DNA of 64,000 nt from Polyangiaceae bacterium (GTDB taxonomy: Bacteria; Myxococcota_A; Polyangia; Polyangiales; Polyangiaceae), in the NCBI GenBank assembly GCA_044376115.1, contig JBILLK010000008.1, forward strand, positions 288,001-352,000. The letters are read 5' to 3'. Under the pieces are notes generated by a model. It worked only from the letters and a program-made list of their open reading frames with translations. It searched no databases and was not told the DNA's origin. A program made the translations under genes and the position numbers. Below are positions 17,546 through 26,279 of this stretch, one piece after another. The first letter of the stretch is position 1. Each line of letters starts with the position of its first letter.

Positions 17546-18976
17546 TCAGTGCCGAACGTACTCGAAGTCGACCGGCTGGCCTTTGATGCCCCGGGGCGGA
17601 GCCGCGATCCAGTTCGCCATGCCCTTGGGATCGTAGATCGGCTTGGACATCAGGCTCTTGACGAACTCGTCATCGGCGGGCGACGGGATCCACTCGAACT
17701 TCTTCTTTTCGAACTCTTCCTTCGAGATCGGATTGCCCGCGGGGTCGAAGTGGAGGCCGGCGTAGATGCCGCTCTGACGATGAAAGCGACGGGAGGGCAA
17801 GGTGATGCGGAAGGGCACGCCAGCCTTCTCGATCAGCTTGTTCCACTTATCGATACCGCGTTGCGAGTCGACCACGTACTCATCACGCAGCACCTCATTC
17901 ATCGCGTTGCGCAGAGGTACCTCTTCACTCTTGATGCTCTTGAGCACGCCGCCCTCCACGACCGGAACATCGATCGAGTGGAAGCCGGTGAGCGCCACGT
18001 GGTCCTCGTATTTCTCCTCTTTGGCGCGGCCTTTGAGGCCCGAGGCGAAGTAGCTCGCGGCGTTGCTCGAGATCTCCCCACCGAAGAGATCGAGCGAGAC
18101 CGAGTACCAGAAGTTCACGTAGCGCTGGATGGTCGCTAGATCGATCCCGCCCTCGGCCCGCGCGTCCTCGTTCGAGTTCTTCTTCATCAGCTCGAGCGAG
18201 CGCTCGATCACGCGCGAGAGCCCGGTTTCACCGACGAACATATGGTGCGCCTCTTCGGTCAGCATGAAGCGCGTGGTGCGTGCCAGCGGATCGAAGCCAC
18301 TCTCTGCGAGGGCCAGCAGCTGATACTTACCGTCGCGATCGGTGAAGTAGGTGAAGCAGAAGAAGCTGAGCCAATGCGCGCACGGCTCGTTGAAGGCGCC
18401 GAGGATGCGCGGCTTGTCGGCGTTGCCGCTGCGACGCTCGAGTAGCCCCTCTGCCTCTTCGCGCCCATCGCGCCCGAAGTAGCTTTGGAGCAGGTAAACC
18501 ATCGCCCAGAGATGACGGCCTTCCTCGACGTTGACCTGGAACAGGTTGCGCAGGTCGTACACGCTCGGGCAACACTGCCCAAGCAGCCGCTGTTGCTCGA
18601 CGCTCGCGGGCTCCGTGTCCCCCTGCGTCACGACCAAGCGGCGCAACGCATTGCGGAACTCACCCGGAATGGTCTGCCAAGCGGGCTGACCGTAGAAATC
18701 ACCGAAGCCAATCGTGCGGTCGGCCACCGGGTCCGCGAGGAAGATGCCCCAGCGATACTCCGGCATCTTCACGAAGTCGTATTGAGCCCAGCCGTCCGAA
18801 TCCACGCTCACGGCGGTGCGCAGATAGACGTCGTCGGCTTGGAAGCCTTCCGGCCCCATTTCCTTCCACCAATCGACGAACTTCGGCTGCCAGGCCTCCA
18901 GCGCGCGCTGCAATTTCTTGTCGGCCGAGAGGTCGACGTTGTTCGGAATTTTCTCGGAATTGACGACGTTGCTCAT
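17546..18976 (-). CDS. boxB: Benzoyl-CoA 2,3-epoxidase subunit B
   Basis: KIPNNVDLS, VTQGDTEPASVEQQ, NVEEGRH and TEEAHH di-iron motifs, TDRDGKYQL. Confidence 0.96.
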   Translation of the reverse strand: MSNVVNSEKIPNNVDLSADKKLQRALEAWQPKFVDWWKEMGPEGFQADDVYLRTAVSVDSDGWAQYDFVKMPEYRWGIFLADPVADRTIGFGDFYGQPAWQTIPGEFRNALRRLVVTQGDTEPASVEQQRLLGQCCPSVYDLRNLFQVNVEEGRHLWAMVYLLQSYFGRDGREEAEGLLERRSGNADKPRILGAFNEPCAHWLSFFCFTYFTDRDGKYQLLALAESGFDPLARTTRFMLTEEAHHMFVGETGLSRVIERSLELMKKNSNEDARAEGGIDLATIQRYVNFWYSVSLDLFGGEISSNAASYFASGLKGRAKEEKYEDHVALTGFHSIDVPVVEGGVLKSIKSEEVPLRNAMNEVLRDEYVVDSQRGIDKWNKLIEKAGVPFRITLPSRRFHRQSGIYAGLHFDPAGNPISKEEFEKKKFEWIPSPADDEFVKSLMSKPIYDPKGMANWIAAPPRGIKGQPVDFEYVRH

Positions 18977-20640
18977 GTCCTTCTCCAGTCAAATTCGGGG
19001 CGTTCAGGTCGACCGTACATGGTGAGTGCGCCGCGTTCTCCCACGGCGTTGGGCCTTTGAAAGATCCAGTTCTGCCAAGCCGAGAGCCGCGCGAAGATCT
19101 TGGTCTCCAGCGTCTCCGGGCCTGCGAAGCGCAGGTTGGCCTCCATCCCGGTGAGGGCGTCGGGGGAGAGACTGACGCGCTCCTCGATCGCGATTCGCAC
19201 CTCGTCATCCCAGTCGATCTCGTCGGGAGTGAAGGTCACGAGCCCGTGATCGAGCGCCTGCTCCGAATCGAGGAACTCACGCACGGACGCGAGTTCTTCG
19301 ACCTTCGCCGGTGCGTGGAGAAAGCGCGTCGCGAGCCGCGTGAGCCCGTTCGACATCGGCGCTGGGCCAAAGTTCATCGCCGACAAGCCGATGAACGCCT
19401 GCTCATCACCCGCCTTCATGAACGAGCGATCCGAGGCCAGCGCCATCTCGAACAGACAGCCGACGAAGGCGCTTCCCGGCTCCAGGATCGCGAACAGGCT
19501 CTTGGCCATCAAGTCGAGCCGCTTGAGCGTGCGCTTGACGAAGAGCTGGATCTCCCGAGCAAACCAATCTTCTTCGGCGAGCTTCACCAAAGCGTCATCG
19601 AAGGCCTGAACGCGCGCCGCGTCCCCACGCGTGCGCAGCAGCACCAAGCCGACATCACCAAAGTTGAAGCGAAGATCGCAGAGCGCGTCATCCAGCTCAC
19701 GGAACGCTTGCAAGTGCCAAGCGGCTGCGCCTTGCTTGCGCAGCTCCTCGGCGTTCTTCGGGAACTCACCCTCGGGCCCGAGCACCGTGATCTCAGCGAT
19801 GCGCGTCCCCGCGACCGTCGTCATCGAGACGTAGCGATAGTCGGTGCCCGACTTGTCCCCCTCGGACCAACGCTTGGCCTCGAGCGGCGGAAGTTTGACG
19901 CCTGGCCCTGTGCGGTCCTTGGTACTCGCGCAGAGCGCGTTGGCCGTGGCCAAAACGCCAGCGTCGAAGCGGCTCTTCGGCAAGACCTCATCCACGAGAC
20001 CCCAATCCTTCGCCCGTTTGCCGCGCACACCTTCGGCGAGCGTTGAAAAGACGTCCGCCAAATCGCGGCGCACCTTGCGCTTGTCCACCAAACGCGTGAG
20101 GCCACCCGTACCAGGGAGAACCGCGAGCAGCGGAGTCTCCGGAAAGGACACGGCACTCGAACCGTCGTCACAGAGCAGAATTTTTTCGCAGGCCAGCGCA
20201 AGCTCGTAGCCACCGCCCGCTGCAACTCCGTTCAACGCGGCGATGAAGTGAAGACCGCTCTCCTCACAGGCCGCCTCGAGGTTGAGCCGCGTTTCGTTGG
20301 TGAACTTGCAGAAATTCACTTTGAACGCGTGGGTCGAGGTTCCCAGCATGTAGATGTTCGCGCCGGCGCAAAACACCTTCGGCTCGCCGCTGGTGACGAC
20401 GACGGCCTTGACCTCGGGGTGCTCGAACCGAAGTCGGTTCACCACGTCGGCGAGCTCGAGATCGACCCCGATGTCGTAGCTGTTCTGCTTCAGAACGTAG
20501 CCCGGACGAAACGGCTGGTCTTCCACGACGGCCATCACCAGCTTGGCAATGGCGCCATCAAACGACAGTTTCCAGTGCTTGTACTGGCTGGGATGCGTCT
20601 CGAAGCGAACAGTCGGAGATTGAATCGGTGCGTCTGCCAT
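18973..20640 (-). CDS. boxC: 2,3-epoxybenzoyl-CoA dihydrolase
   Basis: Crotonase fold: NSYDIGVDLELAD, KVNFCKFTNETR, SPDALTGMEANLRF, WQNWIFQRPNAVG. Confidence 0.96.
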   Translation of the reverse strand: MADAPIQSPTVRFETHPSQYKHWKLSFDGAIAKLVMAVVEDQPFRPGYVLKQNSYDIGVDLELADVVNRLRFEHPEVKAVVVTSGEPKVFCAGANIYMLGTSTHAFKVNFCKFTNETRLNLEAACEESGLHFIAALNGVAAGGGYELALACEKILLCDDGSSAVSFPETPLLAVLPGTGGLTRLVDKRKVRRDLADVFSTLAEGVRGKRAKDWGLVDEVLPKSRFDAGVLATANALCASTKDRTGPGVKLPPLEAKRWSEGDKSGTDYRYVSMTTVAGTRIAEITVLGPEGEFPKNAEELRKQGAAAWHLQAFRELDDALCDLRFNFGDVGLVLLRTRGDAARVQAFDDALVKLAEEDWFAREIQLFVKRTLKRLDLMAKSLFAILEPGSAFVGCLFEMALASDRSFMKAGDEQAFIGLSAMNFGPAPMSNGLTRLATRFLHAPAKVEELASVREFLDSEQALDHGLVTFTPDEIDWDDEVRIAIEERVSLSPDALTGMEANLRFAGPETLETKIFARLSAWQNWIFQRPNAVGERGALTMYGRPERPEFDWRRT

Positions 20641-20700
20641 CGGCTTCTCTTTCGAGGGTGAGAGTCCCGATCTAGGTAGGGGGGTTACGGTACGTCGTCA

Positions 20701-20747
20701 AGCAGTATAGTGCGTTGCGCTCACCATCCAAGGTGCATTATAGTGCG
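20701..20747. promoter_or_regulatory. Two BoxR/BzdR-type operator boxes overlapping divergent promoters
   Basis: agcagtatagtgcg (20701-20714) and tgcattatagtgcg (20734-20747), both near-palindromic TGCA-N6-TGCA, between boxC and the regulator. Confidence 0.75.
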
Positions 20748-20750
20748 CAC

Positions 20751-21503
20751 ATGACCCCAGCCGATCCCGTACTTTCCGAGCTTGGGCGCAAACTGCGCGC
20801 CCAACGGCACGGTCGCGGCATGACAGTGAAGGAGCTGGCCGCTAGGAGCTCGCTCTCCGAGCGCTTCGTGGTCTCTGTGGAGGGCGGCCAGGGCAACCTG
20901 TCGCTGCTTCGCCTGGTGGAACTGGCGCGCGCGCTCGGCTGCACGCTGACTGACCTGATCGACGACGCGTGGGCGCAAGGGCCAACAGCGCGGCCGCTTG
21001 AACGTCCCGTCGCTTTGACCGGGCTCCGAGGCGCCGGCAAGTCCACCATCGGGCGAGAGGTCGCCAAACGTTTAGGGGTGCGCTTCTACGAGATCGATCA
21101 GCTGATCAGCCAGCGAGCGGGGCTGAGCATGGGCGAGATCTTCGAGGTGCACGGGGCAACACAGATCCGCAAGTTGGAGCGCGACGTTTGGGAGGGTCTG
21201 TTGCTCGAGGCCCCCGGCGTGATCGCCACGACGGGCGGCATCGTCACCGAGACGGGCACCTACGAACGCCTGCTCGCCACGGCGACTGTCGTGTGGCTGA
21301 AGGCGCGCCCGGCCGATCACTTCAACCGCGTGAGCGAGCAGGGCGACACACGCCCGATGGCGAACCGCTCCAACGCGATGCGAGAGCTCAAAGCCATCCT
21401 CAGGGCGCGCTCAGCGCTTTACGAGCGAGCCCATGAAACCGTAGACACCAGCGCCCTCGGCCTGAACCGAGCGATCGAGCGGGTGGTTACGATTTTCCGC
21501 TAG
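20751..21503 (+). CDS. boxR: BoxR/BzdR-type regulator (XRE HTH plus shikimate-kinase-like domain)
   Basis: N-terminal HTH (ELAARSSLSERFVVSVEGGQGNLS) plus LTGLRGAGKSTIG and QGDTRPM; divergent from boxC. Confidence 0.88.
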   Translation: MTPADPVLSELGRKLRAQRHGRGMTVKELAARSSLSERFVVSVEGGQGNLSLLRLVELARALGCTLTDLIDDAWAQGPTARPLERPVALTGLRGAGKSTIGREVAKRLGVRFYEIDQLISQRAGLSMGEIFEVHGATQIRKLERDVWEGLLLEAPGVIATTGGIVTETGTYERLLATATVVWLKARPADHFNRVSEQGDTRPMANRSNAMRELKAILRARSALYERAHETVDTSALGLNRAIERVVTIFR

Positions 21504-21726
21504 CGCCTTTTTCGACGGGCTTTTCGCTAACTTTCTCGAAGTTAGCCTTCTCAGCCTCGCGCAACTTGGGCGATTCCTCGTCCTCCTCGTCGTCTTTGAG
21601 GCCCTTCTTGAAGTTGCGGATCCCATCGCCAAGACCCTTGCCAATACCGGCGATGCGCGACCCGCCGAAGAGCACAACGGCCAATACGAGGAGGATCAAA
21701 ATCTCAGTCATTCCAAAGCGGCCCAT
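21487..21726 (-). CDS. tatA: Twin-arginine translocase TatA/TatE subunit
   Basis: EILILLVLAVVLFGGSRIAGIGKGLGDGIRNFKKGL. Confidence 0.92.
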   Translation of the reverse strand: MGRFGMTEILILLVLAVVLFGGSRIAGIGKGLGDGIRNFKKGLKDDEEDEESPKLREAEKANFEKVSEKPVEKGASGKS

Positions 21727-21966
21727 TTTTTCCTCGCAAGCTCGCGTCCGGAGCTAATGCGACCTTACCACCCACCTGCGAGGCGTCCAACGTTTGCTTG
21801 AACCAGGCCAGCCGTTCGCACTTTCGGAGAGAAATTGGCGGTCCCCTCTTGAGGAGTCTGCGTGTTAGGCTGTCATTCCCAGTGAATGGGTCGAACGTGA
21901 GCGGCCACTCGCGCATCTCACCGGCCGGACAGTTTTGACGACAGCTTCGAGGACAGGACTGAGCTT

Positions 21967-22644
21967 ATGGTTCGAGGGTTTCTAACAGCGGCTGCGGTGG
22001 TGGGCGGGCTCGTGTTCTTCGCACCGAATGAGGCACAAGCACAGTCGACGGAGGTTGGGCCGGTAACTGGCACAGCCAAAGGAATCGTCGGCGGCGGTCT
22101 TCTCGGAGCCGAGATCGTGATGATGCCGATGGGCATCGCAGGGCTAAAGCCTTGGTGGCCCTACGTCGTGTTCGGCGGAGTTGGCGCCGTGGGCGGTGCC
22201 GTTGGCGGTTGGGCCGTGGAGCAGGCAGCTCCCCCAGCAGAAGCACCGCTTTACATGCTCGCGGGTGGTTTGGCCTTGGTGATCCCGACGCTGGTGCTGA
22301 CGCTGAACGCCACCACCAAAGAGGATTACGGGGATGAGGCAGACCCGGCGACGCTCACGCCCGAGACCGAGGATCCGCTCAACCAGCCAATCCCCGGTGA
22401 AGCTGCTCCGCCTCCTGCGCCAGCAGCCGGAGGGACCATTCAGATTCAAAGCAAGGCTCGCAAGGTGCGCAAGACTGCGCGGCCGGCGCTCCCGCTAGCG
22501 CTCTTCGATCTCGCGGGTGAGGACGTGCGGATGGGAGTGCCGAACGTGACGGTAAAGCCACTCTTCACCGAAGCCGAGATTGCGGCTTACGGCGTTGAAC
22601 AGGGTTCGGTGGTAGACATCCCCGTCTTCCGCACCGCCTTCTGA
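21967..22644 (+). CDS. Secreted/membrane hypothetical protein (Gly-rich TM helices)
   Basis: Signal peptide ending in AQA; three hydrophobic segments. Confidence 0.75.
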   Translation: MVRGFLTAAAVVGGLVFFAPNEAQAQSTEVGPVTGTAKGIVGGGLLGAEIVMMPMGIAGLKPWWPYVVFGGVGAVGGAVGGWAVEQAAPPAEAPLYMLAGGLALVIPTLVLTLNATTKEDYGDEADPATLTPETEDPLNQPIPGEAAPPPAPAAGGTIQIQSKARKVRKTARPALPLALFDLAGEDVRMGVPNVTVKPLFTEAEIAAYGVEQGSVVDIPVFRTAF

Positions 22645-22671
22645 ACCGAAGCGCGGCGCAGGAAGCTCAAC

Positions 22672-22710
22672 AAGCTCGTTGGCATCAACGCCGACGGGCT
22701 TTTTTCTTTT
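22672..22710 (+). terminator. Rho-independent terminator
   Basis: aagctcgttggc-atcaac-gccgacgggctt stem (with G-U pairs) followed by a T tract. Confidence 0.75.
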
Positions 22711-22768
22711 GTTCGCGGAGCCCCCTCTCCAGTCGCCAGCTTGGTTTGGCCGTCTATACTGAGCGGCA

Positions 22769-25700
22769 ATGCGGATTCTCGAGCGTGCAGGACGCGTGGT
22801 GCTCCTTCTGGTGGCCTTCGCGTTTTCGTTCGTGCTGGCGGGCCATTTCGGCACTGGCAGCTTGTGGAAGGGCTTCGAGCCTGCGCTCGCGGTTGCCGGC
22901 AAGCCCACCAATGAAAAGCCTAGCTACGATCTAACGCGGCTAGAGGCCGTCAACGAGACGCTGAAGTACATCCGCAAAAAGTACGTCGACCCGGATCGCA
23001 TCAAGCCGAAGTTGATGCTGATTTCGGCGCTCAACTACATCCAGCGCGATGTCCCGCAGGTGATCGTCAAGAACGCCGGCGAGGATGAAGTCGTGGTGCA
23101 GGTCGGCACCGAGTCCAAGAGCTTCAGCACCAAGAACGTGAACGGTCCCTGGGACGTCGCTGCGAGGCTGCGAGAAGTCTTTGCGTTCCTGGTGAAGAAC
23201 CTCGAAGGCTCCGGGGTCGACCTTCGAGAGCTCGAATACACCGCCTGCAACGGCATGCTGCACACGCTCGACCCTCACTCGGTTTTCCTTTCACCCGATG
23301 CGTACCGCGACATGAACGTGCAAACGTCGGGGGCGTTTGGTGGGTTGGGCATCGTGATTGCGGTGCGCGATCAACAGCTGACGGTGATGCGACCGATGCC
23401 GGGAACTCCGGCCGACCGCGCAGGCATCAAGCGCTTCGACCGGATCGTGAAGATCGAGAATGAGTCGACGCTCAACATGCCGCTGGAGGACGCGGTCCGC
23501 AGACTGCGCGGGGATCCCGAAACGCCGGTCACGTTGTGGCTGGTGCGCGAAGGCGAAGATGGTTGGACCGAGCCGAAGCCCTTCCCGCTCATGCGCGAGA
23601 TCATCAAGGTGCGCTCGGTCGAGAGCCAAGGGCTCGAAGGCGACGTGCTCTACGTGAAGGTCAAAAACTTCCAGAGCTCGACCACCGACGAAGTCTCCGC
23701 GGCGCTGCAAAAACATGAAGGCCTCGACACGTTAAAGGGCCTCGTACTCGACCTCCGAGGGAACCCGGGCGGCCTTTTGGATCAGTCGGTCAAGCTTGCT
23801 GACCTGTTCCTCGAGGAGGGCGTGCTCGTGGAGACGGTGGGCTTCTCCGAGGGCAAAGAAGAGCGCCATGCGGAAGCCAAAGGGACCGAGCCGCCCTACC
23901 CGATCGTCGTGCTTGTGAACGGCTCGTCCGCGAGCGCGAGCGAGATCTTGGCTGGCGCGCTCAAGAACCATCAACGCGCTGTAATCGTCGGACAACAGAG
24001 CTTCGGCAAAGGCAGCGTGCAGTTGGTGTTCCCGGAGGTTACGCCTGAGAAGGCCGCGCTCAAGCTCACCATCGCGCAATACCTGACACCCGGAAGCATT
24101 TCGATTCAGGGCGTCGGCATCACGCCCGACATCGAACTCGACCCAATGACGGTGGATCCGCTCGAGATGGACCTTGCGGTGCAGAACGACACGCTGAAGG
24201 AGCGCGAGCTTTTCGCCTCGCTCGAGAGCGAACACGCCGCGGCGCCAAGCAAGCCGCTCGAGGTCGTCCGCTATCGCTATTCGGCTGCCGAGCGAGAGCG
24301 CGTGAGAGATCTCGGGTCCGACGCGGATGAGGAATTTCAGATCGACTTCCCGGTCAGCTTCGCGCGGAGTCTGGTCGCTGCGATGCCCGCAGATACGAAG
24401 ACCCCAGCGCAGATCGCCGCAATCAGGCCGTTGATCGAGAAGACCCGGCAAGAGGAGCTCAGCAAGGTCGCAAAGGAGCTCGCCGAGCTCGACATGGATT
24501 GGACTGCACCGCCCGAGAACGCACCGCGAACAGCGGCGAGCGACTTCGAGGTGACGGTGGAGTCGGGCAAAGAGCCCGTGATTCAAGCGGGCGAGCAGAT
24601 GACGTTGCGGGTGAAGGTGAAGAACGTCGGGGACAAGACGATTTACCGCCTACGAGCCCACACCGAATCGGAGAGCGGCTACTTCGATGCCAAGGAGCTC
24701 GCCTTCGGCAAGCTCGGCCCCGGTGAGGAGCGCACGGCGCTCGCACCGATGGGCTTTTGCGAGGTGGAGGGCCGAAAGATCGCCACCACCAAAGCCCGGC
24801 CGAAGGACGCGAAACGCAGCTGTCGAATTCCTCGCGACGCGAATGAGCGTTCCGACGGTGTGTGGATCAAGTTCGACGGCGAAGGCGGTGAGCCGCCGGC
24901 CGACGCGGAGATTCGCCCCACGGTGCACGCTCTTGCGCGGCCAACCTTTCGCTTCAGCTACCAGATCGCCGATGAACGAGGCAACGGTGACGGGCGAATT
25001 CAGCGCGGGGAAGGCGTGAATATGTACCTTACCGTGAAGAATGAGGGTCCAGGCGTGGCGGTCGATACGCAGGCGAGCATCACGAATCTGAGCGGTGAAG
25101 GTCTGCTGCTCAAGGCCGGCCGCTTCAGCCTCGGTGAGATGAAACCCGGGGAGGAACGCCAGGTGACCTTCTCCTTCGAAGTGCAAAAGTCGCTCTCGGA
25201 AGCTGCGGCTTCGCTCTCGCTCTCGATCGGAGACCTCGAGGTGGGCGAGGCGGCTAAGGAGAAGCTGCGTCTTCCCGTCGAAGCGCCTGTGGAGCTTGCT
25301 GCGCTCGACGAGCTGCGGCTGGTGCGAGCCGATGGGGCAATGCTGCTCGACTCACCACGCACTGACACCCGCGGCTTCGGCAAGGTGAGTGGGGGCACGG
25401 TGCTTCGCGCCGTTGCTCAAACGAACGGTTATGTGAAGGTGAAGCTCGACGCAGACCGCTTTGCCTTCGTTGCAAGCTCGGATCTGGAGCAAGCCCCGAG
25501 CACGAGTTCAGCAACCACCTTGCCGATCAATTTTGATGAACTCTACGCTCACGCACCGCCCGCGCTTTCCTTCACTGCGCCCCAGCTCTCCACCACCAAA
25601 TCGAGCATCGTGCTGCGAGGAACCGCCAGCGCCGAAAGCCACATCTCGGATGTCTACGCCTTCGTCGGCAGTCGCAAAATTCACTATCAGGCCAATGCCT

Positions 25701-25903
25701 CGAAGGCGAAGACACAGAGCTTCGAGTTCGAGATCCCGCTGCGGCCCGGAGTCAATGTGGTCACTGTGTTCGCTCGCGAGAGCGCAGAAGCGACGACGCG
25801 ACGCACACTCGTCATCCGCAGGGATTCAGAATCGGGCGCCTTGATGAAGACCCCGAAGGGCGAGAACGCTGAAGATTGGCTGTCAGCGCCGGCTGAGGAA
25901 TGA
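22769..25903 (+). CDS. S41 carboxyl-terminal processing peptidase (MXAN_5808-like) with PDZ and C-terminal Ig/SH3-like domains
   Basis: LDPHS, GGLGI (PDZ), LDLRGNPGGLL, SASASEI, SFGKGSVQ. Confidence 0.9.
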   Translation: MRILERAGRVVLLLVAFAFSFVLAGHFGTGSLWKGFEPALAVAGKPTNEKPSYDLTRLEAVNETLKYIRKKYVDPDRIKPKLMLISALNYIQRDVPQVIVKNAGEDEVVVQVGTESKSFSTKNVNGPWDVAARLREVFAFLVKNLEGSGVDLRELEYTACNGMLHTLDPHSVFLSPDAYRDMNVQTSGAFGGLGIVIAVRDQQLTVMRPMPGTPADRAGIKRFDRIVKIENESTLNMPLEDAVRRLRGDPETPVTLWLVREGEDGWTEPKPFPLMREIIKVRSVESQGLEGDVLYVKVKNFQSSTTDEVSAALQKHEGLDTLKGLVLDLRGNPGGLLDQSVKLADLFLEEGVLVETVGFSEGKEERHAEAKGTEPPYPIVVLVNGSSASASEILAGALKNHQRAVIVGQQSFGKGSVQLVFPEVTPEKAALKLTIAQYLTPGSISIQGVGITPDIELDPMTVDPLEMDLAVQNDTLKERELFASLESEHAAAPSKPLEVVRYRYSAAERERVRDLGSDADEEFQIDFPVSFARSLVAAMPADTKTPAQIAAIRPLIEKTRQEELSKVAKELAELDMDWTAPPENAPRTAASDFEVTVESGKEPVIQAGEQMTLRVKVKNVGDKTIYRLRAHTESESGYFDAKELAFGKLGPGEERTALAPMGFCEVEGRKIATTKARPKDAKRSCRIPRDANERSDGVWIKFDGEGGEPPADAEIRPTVHALARPTFRFSYQIADERGNGDGRIQRGEGVNMYLTVKNEGPGVAVDTQASITNLSGEGLLLKAGRFSLGEMKPGEERQVTFSFEVQKSLSEAAASLSLSIGDLEVGEAAKEKLRLPVEAPVELAALDELRLVRADGAMLLDSPRTDTRGFGKVSGGTVLRAVAQTNGYVKVKLDADRFAFVASSDLEQAPSTSSATTLPINFDELYAHAPPALSFTAPQLSTTKSSIVLRGTASAESHISDVYAFVGSRKIHYQANASKAKTQSFEFEIPLRPGVNVVTVFARESAEATTRRTLVIRRDSESGALMKTPKGENAEDWLSAPAEE

Positions 25904-25910
25904 AAGTGCG

Positions 25911-26279
25911 CTAGGCTTTGGACGGGTCGGAAGGAGGTGCTTCCGACTCCACCTTTGCGCTCGGTTCCGCCCCGAGCTCCGAAGGGCCTTCACTGACGAC
26001 GGCTGGCTTCGCCGATTGCTTCTTGCGTTCAGCGCGAGCGCGCAGTGAGTCTTTGAGCGAGGAAACGGCCATCGAGCCGACGAACAACATCGCCCCAAGA
26101 ATTGTCAGGGCCGTGCCCGCGTTGAACACGTAGTGCAGCGTCGCCGCGCCAGCGACGCCCATGGTTAGGATCCCCAGCACCACCAAGGCCAGCCCGTAAA
26201 TCGGATCTGGGCCGCTAGGCTCTGAATCGGGGCCAACACCACTCGCCTGCTCAACCATGGATTGAGTGTAGCGCTTCAA
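25911..26279 (-). CDS. Small two-TM hypothetical protein (start TTG 26279 or ATG 26258)
   Basis: Two hydrophobic helices; directly downstream of the TPR gene. Confidence 0.65.
   Translation of the reverse strand: MKRYTQSMVEQASGVGPDSEPSGPDPIYGLALVVLGILTMGVAGAATLHYVFNAGTALTILGAMLFVGSMAVSSLKDSLRARAERKKQSAKPAVVSEGPSELGAEPSAKVESEAPPSDPSKA

Noticed and set aside
16630..20046. Long antisense ORFs (318 aa and 329 aa here; similar ones at 27154, 31363, 39213, 44226, 45976)
   Set aside because: Typical stop-poor shadow frames of high-GC genes, with no recognisable motifs
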